Origin: an uncultured virus (IMG/VR IMGVR_UViG_3300046832_001626)
Taxonomy: Duplodnaviria; Heunggongvirae; Uroviricota; Caudoviricetes
Length of the DNA stretch: 20,000 nt
Reading direction: 5' to 3' (one strand)
Virus record (IMG/VR): IMGVR_UViG_3300046832_001626
Shown: piece after piece, positions 1-8,433 of the stretch
How positions within the stretch are numbered: position 1 is the stretch's first letter
Layout of the letters: each line of letters begins with the position of its first letter
Program-made: the position numbers and the translations under genes
Notes under the pieces: generated by a model
What the model saw: the letters and a program-made list of their open reading frames with translations, nothing else
Told to the model about the DNA's origin: nothing
The model's database searches: none

Positions 1-1
1 G

Positions 2-295
2 GATCAGTTCAACACTTGGGCTGGCGTTTGTTATCTCACTCCAGATGCTCCGTTGTCGTCAGGTACAGCTCTTTATCGACATAAAGAAAGCGGAGAGTAT
101 GAGTTTATTCAACGCGAAAAAATTCATGATGGATATGATTATACAAAGTGGGAAATGACAGACTATGTTGCAAACAAATATAATCGTATCGTTTTATATC
201 GCGGAAATCTTTATCATGCATCATTAGATTATTTCGGAAGCAGTCTTCAAGACGGAAGACTATTTCAAACTTTCTTTTTCAATACTGAGTATTGA
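2..295 (+). CDS. 5'-truncated DUF6445-like / 2OG-Fe(II) oxygenase-like protein
   Basis: The frame is open from position 2 (DQFNTWAGVCYLTPDAPLSSGTALY...YNRIVLYRGNLYHAS...RLFQTFFF), so the gene starts upstream of the window. The WAGVxYLTP, distal His and R-x-x-Q-x-F pattern is typical of phage 2OG-Fe(II) oxygenase-like proteins. Confidence 0.7.
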   Translation, partial: DQFNTWAGVCYLTPDAPLSSGTALYRHKESGEYEFIQREKIHDGYDYTKWEMTDYVANKYNRIVLYRGNLYHASLDYFGSSLQDGRLFQTFFFNTEY

Positions 296-1047
296 TGAAA
301 ATTCTTCATGTAATTTTCTCGTGTAATCGGATTCGGTATCTGTTTCCGACTCTAGATTCACTCAAGAATTTAGATTATGGCGACCATCAGGTAGATCGTA
401 TTATCATCGACGACTATCCAAGAACGCGAAATGATGCAATCTTCGATCTTATCGAAAAACGTTATGGATTTAAAGTTTGGTATAATAAAGAAAACAAAGG
501 TCTCTCGGTAAACTGGACTGAGTTTTTCATTGCACTCAAAGGAATGAATTATGACTATATTCTTCATCAAGAAGATGATGTAGTATTAATTAATCCTAAT
601 CCTACAAGACTTGACGATTTAATCAGTGTTTTAGAATCCGATGAAAAGATGGCTTCAGTTGTCCTTCAACGTCAGCCATGGTATTTTCACGAAAAACCTT
701 CCTGTATCGAATCAAACGACGTTCAATTTGGGGAATACTATTATTCTAAAAATACAAAAACGTTTCCAATTATCTTTAGTTTGTATCGAAAGAGTATCAT
801 AGAATATCCATTTAGGGAATATTGGGGATTCAATATTAACGAGGGAATGATAATGGTTTATCTTGATCATTTTCATCAGATGTATAGTGCTCAATTAAAG
901 AATTCTGATGGAAGTAATATGATAAACCACATCGGCGAAGAATCCACTGGGAAACGAATTCTTGAGGGTGAGCCGAACTGGGAACAATTTGCTCACATGG
1001 ATCCAAACAAGACTTACACTTCTCGAGAGGGTAGATTGGTCGAATAA
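295..1047 (+). CDS. Glycosyltransferase family 2 (GT-A fold)
   Basis: N-terminal VIFSCNR, IIIDD, NKGLS and DxD-like YILHQEDD motifs. The ATG at 295 overlaps the upstream TGA (TGATG). Confidence 0.8.
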   Translation: MKILHVIFSCNRIRYLFPTLDSLKNLDYGDHQVDRIIIDDYPRTRNDAIFDLIEKRYGFKVWYNKENKGLSVNWTEFFIALKGMNYDYILHQEDDVVLINPNPTRLDDLISVLESDEKMASVVLQRQPWYFHEKPSCIESNDVQFGEYYYSKNTKTFPIIFSLYRKSIIEYPFREYWGFNINEGMIMVYLDHFHQMYSAQLKNSDGSNMINHIGEESTGKRILEGEPNWEQFAHMDPNKTYTSREGRLVE

Positions 1048-1054
1048 CTAAATA
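1047..1054 (+). promoter_or_regulatory. T4-type late promoter variant ACTAAATA upstream of gp13
   Basis: Matches the TAAATA core of TATAAATA and lies in the intergenic gap before the GAGG SD and gp13. Confidence 0.6.
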
Positions 1055-1077
1055 TAGAACTACATGTGAGGTTCTAA

Positions 1078-1839
1078 ATGGCAAAACCTACCAATAAATC
1101 CACTCTTAAAGACTTCTGCCTTCGAAATCTAGGCTTTCCAGTAATCGACATCAACGTAGATGACGACCAACTAGACGATCGAATCGACGACGCATTACAA
1201 ATGTTTCAAGACTATCATTACGATGGTACAGAGACAATGTATCTTGCCCACAAAGTCACGAATGCTGATATTCTAAACAAGTATATCACACTGTGTGACA
1301 ATATCATCGGCGTCTCAGAGGTTTTTCCATTCTCAGGAACTTCCGTAAGTTCCACTGGTGGCACAGAATTCAATATGTTCGATGTGAACTATCAGATTCG
1401 CCTCAACGATTTCTATAGCCTCTCAGCCTCGTCATACACCTATTATTTTATCGCTCGTCAGCATCTATCAACACTTGACATGATCATAACGGGACAGATT
1501 CCATACACCTATAACAAGAAAACCAATCGCCTTTATTTGTGGCAAGACTGGGACGGTAAATTAGATGCTGGCGACTTCATGCTCTTCAAAGCAAATCGAA
1601 TCGTTGATATTGATTCGTACGAAAGAATTTTCAACGATTCTTGGTTAAAAGAATACGTCACTGCGCTCTTCAAACGTCAGTGGGGTAACAATCTCAAGAA
1701 GTATGCGAATTATACCCTTCCTGGTGGATTAGTTGTCAACGGTCAGCAAATTTATGCCGAAGCAATGGACGACGTTCAAAGGCTTGAAGCAAAGCTCCGC
1801 GATGTCCATGAAGAACCACCAATGATGATAGTTGGCTAA
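1078..1839 (+). CDS. gp13: Neck protein gp13
   Basis: LKDFCLRNLGFPVIDINVDDDQLDDRIDDALQ and WLKEYVTALFKRQWGNNLKK...LPGG motifs; GAGG SD; first gene of the T4-like neck cluster. Confidence 0.95.
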   Translation: MAKPTNKSTLKDFCLRNLGFPVIDINVDDDQLDDRIDDALQMFQDYHYDGTETMYLAHKVTNADILNKYITLCDNIIGVSEVFPFSGTSVSSTGGTEFNMFDVNYQIRLNDFYSLSASSYTYYFIARQHLSTLDMIITGQIPYTYNKKTNRLYLWQDWDGKLDAGDFMLFKANRIVDIDSYERIFNDSWLKEYVTALFKRQWGNNLKKYANYTLPGGLVVNGQQIYAEAMDDVQRLEAKLRDVHEEPPMMIVG

Positions 1840-1840
1840 T

Positions 1841-2716
1841 ATGGCAGTCAGTGTTTATTTTAACAATCAAGGCGCAACTCGTGAGCAGATTCTCATCGAG
1901 GACATGATCATTGAATCTATCAAAAATCATGGAATCGATGTTTACTATTTGCCACGAGAATCTCACTCAGAACTAGATCGTTTGTTTGGTGATGATCCAG
2001 TAAAGAAATATACAAAAGCATTTAAGATTGACATGTATCTTGAGTCGTTTCAAGACTTCGAAGGCAATCAGGAATTCTTCTCGAAGTTTGGTTTGCAAAT
2101 TCAGAAAGAAGCGCGTGTTGCAGTTGCCCGCAGAACATTTGAGAGATATGTTCCATCAATTTTGCGCAATGTTCCAAAAGAAGGTGATTTGATTTTCATG
2201 CCTGTGCAACAAAAACTTCTTGAGATTCGATTCGTCGAAGAAGAAAAGAACTTCTTCCAGGCTGGTAAATTCGCGCCATACATGTACGGATTAAATCTAG
2301 AAGTCTTCAAATACAATGGTGAGATTATTGACACTGGCGTTCCAGAGGTTGATGCGGTCGCTGATTTGAGTGCATATGGAATTGAGTTCACATTGAACGC
2401 TGGCGGTAGCGGAACATATGACACGCATGAAATTGTCTATCAAGGCGCAACACTAGCAGCTGCTACAGCTAAAGGATATGTTTCAAGTTGGGATCTTCCA
2501 AATAGAAAACTTATCATTCGAAACATCAAAGGATCTTTTGCTGCGAATACAGTCATTAAAGGATCTGAAAGTAGTGCTCAATGGACGGTGACTAGCAGCG
2601 ATCCACAAGATAACGCTACGGATGATTTCGAAGAGAATGTATTGCTTGAAAACGAAGCAGACAATATCCTTGATTGGACTGAAACCAATCCATTTGGTAC
2701 ATCTGACGAGAACTAA
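1841..2716 (+). CDS. gp14: Neck protein gp14 (head closure)
   Basis: EDMIIESIKNHGIDVYYLPR, FFSKFG, PKEGDLIF and C-terminal ETNPFG motifs. The ATG at 1841 is preferred to the TTG at 1832. Confidence 0.93.
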   Translation: MAVSVYFNNQGATREQILIEDMIIESIKNHGIDVYYLPRESHSELDRLFGDDPVKKYTKAFKIDMYLESFQDFEGNQEFFSKFGLQIQKEARVAVARRTFERYVPSILRNVPKEGDLIFMPVQQKLLEIRFVEEEKNFFQAGKFAPYMYGLNLEVFKYNGEIIDTGVPEVDAVADLSAYGIEFTLNAGGSGTYDTHEIVYQGATLAAATAKGYVSSWDLPNRKLIIRNIKGSFAANTVIKGSESSAQWTVTSSDPQDNATDDFEENVLLENEADNILDWTETNPFGTSDEN

Positions 2717-2718
2717 TC

Positions 2719-3720
2719 ATGTTATCAGGTCAACACTTTTATCATAGAATTACTCGTAAGATGGTCGTGGCTTTTGGCACGATGTTCAATAACATCAAAT
2801 TGTATCGCTACAACCTTGCAGGTACACAAGAAATCGAACGAGTTATCGTTCCATTAAACTACATCACAAAAGAAAAATTCTATCAACGTATTACACAAGA
2901 CCCTAACTTGGATCGTCGTGTGCAGTTGACATTACCAAGAATGTCTTTTGAGATGACAAGTATCGCATATGATACATCGCGTAAAATTTCTCCATTTATG
3001 AATCAATATGGTGCACTGAATGATTCTGCGGTGAAGGCAGTCACGCTCGCACCATATAATTTTAGTTTTCAGTTGTACATTTATGTTCGTAATACTGAAG
3101 ACGGCACACAAATCATTGAGCAAATTTTACCATACTTCAATCCTGATTACACAATGACATTAGATCTAGTTGGTGTTGGTAATCCAGTTGATGTACCATT
3201 GATTCTGCAAAGCATTGACTATAATGCTGGTGGATCAGACGGTCCACCACAAGAGCTCCGCATGCTACAGTGGAATCTTGGATTCACAATGCGTGGATAT
3301 CTCTACGGTCCACAAAGTAACGTTAAAATTATTCGCAAATCAACAGCAAATACATATGCATATAATACTGGTGGCAACGAAGCGAAGAGTTTTGCGTTGT
3401 CAACAGGTGAAGGTGAATTTAAAATTGGCGAGCTTGTATATCAAGGTAGAAATATTAATGGCGCAACAGCAACTGGATTCATCTCTTCATGGAGCAACAC
3501 TTCAAATACTCTAGTTGTTTCAGATTTGTCTGGATCATTTGAAGTTGGTAAATTTATCACAGGTGCTGTTTCAAATGCATCTTATAATCTATCAACATAC
3601 AGATCAGCAACAGATTACCAGTTAAATAATATCACTGTTATTCCAGACCCATTGTCTGCAAACGTTGGAGATGCGTTTGGATTCGATGTGTCAATTGAAA
3701 CGGCACCAAACATTACATAA
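2719..3720 (+). CDS. gp15: Tail sheath stabilizer / completion protein gp15
   Basis: FYHRITRKMVVAFGTMFNNI, LPRMSFEM and QIIEQILPYFNP motifs; synteny. Confidence 0.93.
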   Translation: MLSGQHFYHRITRKMVVAFGTMFNNIKLYRYNLAGTQEIERVIVPLNYITKEKFYQRITQDPNLDRRVQLTLPRMSFEMTSIAYDTSRKISPFMNQYGALNDSAVKAVTLAPYNFSFQLYIYVRNTEDGTQIIEQILPYFNPDYTMTLDLVGVGNPVDVPLILQSIDYNAGGSDGPPQELRMLQWNLGFTMRGYLYGPQSNVKIIRKSTANTYAYNTGGNEAKSFALSTGEGEFKIGELVYQGRNINGATATGFISSWSNTSNTLVVSDLSGSFEVGKFITGAVSNASYNLSTYRSATDYQLNNITVIPDPLSANVGDAFGFDVSIETAPNIT

Positions 3721-3723
3721 TTT

Positions 3724-4134
3724 ATGAGCGAAACAGATAAAAATTTAGCAGAAATTTTAAACACTGATTATGTTCCTGCGGTAAAAGAGGAAAACAGAAG
3801 TGTTACTATTCATGAGCCAGATGGATCAGCTGTTAATCCTGACGCTAACTATTCTCGTGCTAATTATTATAACCTTATCGAAAAAGGTAACGAAGCTCTG
3901 GACGGCATTCTTGAAGTTGCGAAAGAATCGCAACACCCAAGAGCGTATGAAGTAGCAGCAAACATGATTAAGAATCTCTCTGATGTCACAGAGAAACTTA
4001 TGATTCTCCAAAAACAGCAATTAGAACTTCAACCAAAAGAAGTTGCCCCAACAAATATTACTGTAGACAAAGCAGTATTTGTTGGCTCTACTGCTGATTT
4101 GTTAAAGAAAATAAAGAATGAATCTTCAGACTAG
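3724..4134 (+). CDS. gp16: Terminase small subunit gp16
   Basis: YSRANYYNLIEKG, ESQHPRAYEVAANMIK and VFVGSTADL motifs; overlaps the start of gp17. Confidence 0.93.
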   Translation: MSETDKNLAEILNTDYVPAVKEENRSVTIHEPDGSAVNPDANYSRANYYNLIEKGNEALDGILEVAKESQHPRAYEVAANMIKNLSDVTEKLMILQKQQLELQPKEVAPTNITVDKAVFVGSTADLLKKIKNESSD

Positions 4135-5767
4135 AATCAAAAACTATCTTGGCAATCCGCATTTAAAGAAAATTAATATGCCATTGCAACTCACGGAAGA
4201 TGAAGTCCGTGAGTATGTAAAGTGTGCAGAAGATCCAATTTATTTTATTGAGCGATATGTAAAGATCATCACACTTGATAAGGGTTTTATCAACATCTCG
4301 CTTTATCCATTTCAGAAACAAGCCATTGAAGACATTAATCAAAACCGTCGTGTGATTCTAAAAGCTGGTCGTCAGCTTGGTAAGACGACGATGATTGTTG
4401 GTTATATTCTCTGGTATATTCTTTTCAATCAAGATAAATTCGTCGCAATTCTTGCCAACAAAGCACCAACTGCACGCGAAATTTTGAGTCGTATTAAAAT
4501 TGCTTATGAAGCATTGCCACTCTGGATCCAACAAGGTGTTAAGACTTGGAATAAAGGCGACATTGAATTAGAGAATAACTGCCGTGTAATGGCTACGTCT
4601 ACGGCATCCAGTGCAATTCGTGGCTTCTCTATCTCGTTACTATACCTCGACGAATTTGCATTCGTCCCGAGTAACATCGCAGAAGAATTCTTCACTTCCG
4701 TTTATCCTACGATTTCTTCTGGTACATCATCTAAGATTTTAATTTCTTCTACCCCAAATGGTATGAATCACTTTTATAAGATGTGGACCGAAGCCGTTGA
4801 AAATCAAAACGGATTCTTACATATTGAAGCCAACTGGAGACAGGTTCCAGAGCGCGATCAGAAATGGGCAGACGAGCAGCGAGCTGTTCTTGGAGAACAA
4901 AAGTATTTCCAGGAAGTTGAATGTGAATTCATGGGTTCGTCGGGAACTCTTATTTCAGCCAGCGGTCTAAAGTCTCTCGCCTTTGTGACTCCTCTAAACA
5001 AAACTGAAAGCGGAATCTCAATCTATCACCAACCCATCCCTGGAAAGAGTTATATGCTCGTCGCAGATACGAGTCGTGGAAAGGGTCTGGACTACTCGGC
5101 GTTCGTGGTTTTAGACATTTCTGAGATTCCATATAAAGTCGTCGCGACTTACAAGAATAACGATATAAGTCCACTCGTTTATCCTAGTATGATTAAAAAG
5201 ATTGGTGAATACTATAACAGCGCATATGCGCTCGTCGAAATTAATGATAATGGTCAGCAAGTTGTAGATTCTCTCTTTGATGATTATGAGTACGAGAATA
5301 TCCTTTCCAGTGTCGAAATGAAGAGTAAGATGGCTCTAACTTGGGGATATGGTAATAAATCAAATCGTGGAATTCGAACCACGAAGTCGGTAAAGCGTCT
5401 AGGATGCTCCGTTCTAAAGAATCTGATTGAATCTCAACAGATGATTATACAAGACTTTGAGATTATATCCGAACTTTCGACCTTTGTTACAAATGGAACC
5501 AGTTTCGAAGCTGCAAGCGGAAGCCACGATGACCTCGTTATGTGTTTAGTCTTATTCTCTTGGTGTACCAGTCAAAACTTCTTCTCAGAGTTGAGCGATA
5601 CAAACGTTAAAAAGAAACTTCACGAACAACAAATGCAACAAATTGAAGATGAAATGCTCCCTTTACCAATTGCATCTATTGGGGGAGATGAGCGATCCAA
5701 CTCTTTTGTACAAGACGGAGCTGTGTGGAACATCGTTCAAGACAGTAAATGGGGGACCTATAAATAA
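4118..5767 (+). CDS. gp17: Terminase large subunit gp17
   Basis: Adenine-binding LYPFQ, Walker A GRQLGKTT, Walker B LLYLDEFAF, ISSTPNG, and nuclease motifs ADTSRG and HDDLVM. Confidence 0.97.
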   Translation: MNLQTRIKNYLGNPHLKKINMPLQLTEDEVREYVKCAEDPIYFIERYVKIITLDKGFINISLYPFQKQAIEDINQNRRVILKAGRQLGKTTMIVGYILWYILFNQDKFVAILANKAPTAREILSRIKIAYEALPLWIQQGVKTWNKGDIELENNCRVMATSTASSAIRGFSISLLYLDEFAFVPSNIAEEFFTSVYPTISSGTSSKILISSTPNGMNHFYKMWTEAVENQNGFLHIEANWRQVPERDQKWADEQRAVLGEQKYFQEVECEFMGSSGTLISASGLKSLAFVTPLNKTESGISIYHQPIPGKSYMLVADTSRGKGLDYSAFVVLDISEIPYKVVATYKNNDISPLVYPSMIKKIGEYYNSAYALVEINDNGQQVVDSLFDDYEYENILSSVEMKSKMALTWGYGNKSNRGIRTTKSVKRLGCSVLKNLIESQQMIIQDFEIISELSTFVTNGTSFEAASGSHDDLVMCLVLFSWCTSQNFFSELSDTNVKKKLHEQQMQQIEDEMLPLPIASIGGDERSNSFVQDGAVWNIVQDSKWGTYK

Positions 5768-5797
5768 AAAACCTTAAAAACCCGAATTTACTAAATA
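5759..5797 (+). promoter_or_regulatory. Tandem late promoters upstream of gp18: TATAAATA (5759-5766) and ACTAAATA (5790-5797)
   Basis: An exact T4 late consensus plus a variant, ahead of the AGGAG SD of gp18. Confidence 0.7.
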
Positions 5798-5840
5798 ATT
5801 TCGTAGATTTTCTTAATTCTCCATTCATAGGAGCATAAAC

Positions 5841-7550
5841 ATGGCGTTTCAATTATCTCCTGGTGTTGTTACTTCTGAGATTGACTTAACAACTGCCGTT
5901 CCATCAACAGGAACAACTACTGGTGCATTTGCTGGAACATTTCAGTGGGGTCCAGCTGAATTTGCGACACAAATCGAAAATGAAGTTCGACTAGTAGAAG
6001 TTTTTGGCAAACCAGACAATAACACAGCAGTATCATTCTTCACCTGCGCAAACTTTCTAAACTACGGAAACGACCTTCGCGTCGTTCGCGCAGTGAACGG
6101 TTCAAACACGAGAACGGCAACAACATCAGGAAATACTACATTCTTAATCAAGAATGAAGATGAATACTTCACAAACTATTACAGTTCAAACACTGCAAAC
6201 GCAGGTGCATGGGTAGCAAGATATGCTGGCGCACTTGGCAACTCACTCAAAGTCAGTGTTTGGGCAAATACAAATCAAACGCACTTTGATGCATGGGCAT
6301 ACAAGAGTTACTTTGATAGTGTTCCAGGAACTTCTGCTTTCGTTTCTAGCGTTGGTGGTGCTAATGATGAAATGCACATCATTGTCGTAGACGAAGATGG
6401 TCTCTTCACAGGCACATCAGGAACAGTTCTTGAAACATTCCCATTCTTGTCAAAGGCTTCTGACGCAAAAGATAGCGTTGGCAATTCAAACTTTTACAAG
6501 GATGTGCTCTGGAGAAAATCAAAATATATCTATTGGACAGATCACCCAGATGCTGTTAACACGGCAATAACATGGGGTACAACTTCTGCAGGTAAGACAT
6601 TTGCTCAACTAGTTAATGTCTCTGCTGTTCATACCACATCACTCAGTGGTGGTGCAGACGGTGTTGTATTGGCTGGTAATGTTCAAACAGGTTATGGCAA
6701 GTTCATTGATGGTGATCTAATTGATGTATCACTTATCATGACTGGCGACGCCGAACCAGCAACTGCACTTTATGCAATCAACAGCGTAGCTGAAGTTCGC
6801 AAGGACTGCGTGGTATTCGTATCGCCGACTCTTGCAAATGTAACTTCTGCAACACCATCTGATTCTGTCGTAAATTATCGTAAGAATGCATTGTCAAATG
6901 TGTCTTCTTCATACGCTGTGATGGATAGCGGCTGGAAGTATCAATATGACAAGTACAACGACAAGTATCGTTGGATGCCACTCAACGGCGACGTTGCTGG
7001 TCTTTGTGTTCGCACAGACCTTGAAAGAGATGCATGGTATTCACCAGCTGGCTCTTCACGTGGTCAGATCAAGAACGTTATCAAACTTGCATACTATCCT
7101 GCAAAAGCAGACAGAGATACACTCTACAAGAACGGTATCAATCCTGTCGTGTCATTTGCTGGTGAGGGTACTATCCTATTTGGCGACAAGACAATGCTAT
7201 CAAAGCCAAGTGCATTTGACCGCATCAATGTTCGTCGCTTGTTTATCACGCTCGAAAAAGCGATCGCTCGTGCTGCCAAGGCACAACTCTTCGAATTCAA
7301 TGATGAATTTACAAGATCGCAATTCGTGTCAATTGTTGAACCATTTTTGAGAACGGTGAAGGGTCGTCGTGGAATCACAGACTTCAAGGTCGTATGTAAT
7401 GCGACAAACAACACGTCAGATGTAATTGATCGCAATGAGTTTGTCGGTGACATTTATGTCAAGCCAAACCGCAGCATCAACTTCATCCAGCTAAACTTTG
7501 TTGCAGTTCGTACTGGTGTATCATTTGATGAAGTCGTCGGAAGATTCTAA
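5841..7550 (+). CDS. gp18: Tail sheath protein gp18
   Basis: MAFQLSPGVVTSEIDLT, FQWGP, WYSPAG, FDRINVRRLF and FEFNDEFTR motifs. Confidence 0.97.
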   Translation: MAFQLSPGVVTSEIDLTTAVPSTGTTTGAFAGTFQWGPAEFATQIENEVRLVEVFGKPDNNTAVSFFTCANFLNYGNDLRVVRAVNGSNTRTATTSGNTTFLIKNEDEYFTNYYSSNTANAGAWVARYAGALGNSLKVSVWANTNQTHFDAWAYKSYFDSVPGTSAFVSSVGGANDEMHIIVVDEDGLFTGTSGTVLETFPFLSKASDAKDSVGNSNFYKDVLWRKSKYIYWTDHPDAVNTAITWGTTSAGKTFAQLVNVSAVHTTSLSGGADGVVLAGNVQTGYGKFIDGDLIDVSLIMTGDAEPATALYAINSVAEVRKDCVVFVSPTLANVTSATPSDSVVNYRKNALSNVSSSYAVMDSGWKYQYDKYNDKYRWMPLNGDVAGLCVRTDLERDAWYSPAGSSRGQIKNVIKLAYYPAKADRDTLYKNGINPVVSFAGEGTILFGDKTMLSKPSAFDRINVRRLFITLEKAIARAAKAQLFEFNDEFTRSQFVSIVEPFLRTVKGRRGITDFKVVCNATNNTSDVIDRNEFVGDIYVKPNRSINFIQLNFVAVRTGVSFDEVVGRF

Positions 7551-7556
7551 TAAATA
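7549..7556 (+). promoter_or_regulatory. Late promoter variant AATAAATA upstream of gp19
   Basis: TAAATA core in the gap before the AGGAG SD. Confidence 0.55.
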
Positions 7557-7577
7557 ATCTAAAGTCAGGAGAACGCA

Positions 7578-8090
7578 ATGCCTTTCAATATTACAGACTT
7601 TAAAGGAAATTTTTCATTCGACGGCGCACGCCCTAATCTGTTTGAAGTTAACATTCCAGTGTTTGATCAAAAACTAACTTTTACAGCAAAAACAGCACAA
7701 TTACCAGGTTCGACAATTGCAACAATTGAAGTTCCTTACTTTGGTAGAACAGTAAAAGTTGCTGGTAATAGAGTCTTCCCAGAGTGGACAATCACTGTCC
7801 TTAACGACGAAGATTTCGTTATCAGAAATCAATTGGAAGAATGGATGGGGAGAATGAACGGTCACGAAGGAAATCTTGCCGAATCATTCTATGCTGAATA
7901 TGCATTTGATGCAGAGGTCTATCAATACGGCAAACAAGGAAATATCATTAAGTCTTATACATTTATTGATATGTTCCCAACAGATATTTCACCTATTGAT
8001 GTCAGCTGGGATGCAAATGATACAATCGAAGAATATGCTGTAACATTCTCATATCAATACTGGACTTCGCCAGACGCGCTAACTCTATAA
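7578..8090 (+). CDS. gp19: Tail tube protein gp19
   Basis: GARPNLFEV, AQLPGS, KVAGNRVFPEWTITVLNDEDF and IEEYAVTFSYQYW motifs. Confidence 0.96.
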   Translation: MPFNITDFKGNFSFDGARPNLFEVNIPVFDQKLTFTAKTAQLPGSTIATIEVPYFGRTVKVAGNRVFPEWTITVLNDEDFVIRNQLEEWMGRMNGHEGNLAESFYAEYAFDAEVYQYGKQGNIIKSYTFIDMFPTDISPIDVSWDANDTIEEYAVTFSYQYWTSPDALTL

Positions 8091-8102
8091 TAAGAGTTCA
8101 GA

Positions 8103-8393
8103 ATGAGCAGCATCACTAATTTCATTCGCAAAATCAATAATATCACAAGTGCAGTTCGCTCAGTAACAGGAACTGTACGTGCTGTTAAAGATCTTAGAAA
8201 TCAGTTTCGTGGTAGAACACCATCAAGTGCATCGCGATCAACGCCGCAGATTCCTGGCACCACTCAGCCATCGTATCAATTTAAACCAATTGGACTTTCG
8301 CAAGTAAATTCCAGGAGTTCTGGTAGAAATGTGAATCCTAGACCTGTGAGACCTACTTCTGCGAAGCCTAAACCAGAACCAAAAATTCGATAA
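8103..8393 (+). CDS. Hypothetical small basic protein (96 aa)
   Basis: Fills the gp19-gp20 gap on the coding strand. Amphipathic N-terminus and a Pro/Ser/Arg-rich tail; only one D and one E. Confidence 0.65.
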   Translation: MSSITNFIRKINNITSAVRSVTGTVRAVKDLRNQFRGRTPSSASRSTPQIPGTTQPSYQFKPIGLSQVNSRSSGRNVNPRPVRPTSAKPKPEPKIR

Positions 8394-8433
8394 ATTTGTT
8401 ATTCAATTTGATTTTGTTATAATGGAGTAAAAT

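Noticed and set aside
4118..5767. Possible intein, intron or homing endonuclease in terminase (also checked in portal and capsid genes)
   Set aside because: Lengths are normal, motifs are contiguous, and no splice-junction or LAGLIDADG/HNH/GIY-YIG signatures were seen.
8081..8098. Small hairpin AACTCT-ataata-AGAGTT at the end of gp19
   Set aside because: A 6-bp AT-rich stem with no U-tract is too weak to call.
8415..8423. Extended -10 motif TGTTATAAT upstream of the portal gene
   Set aside because: It lies in a very AT-rich gap with only a weak -35, and a transcript from it would lose the GGAG SD; likely chance.
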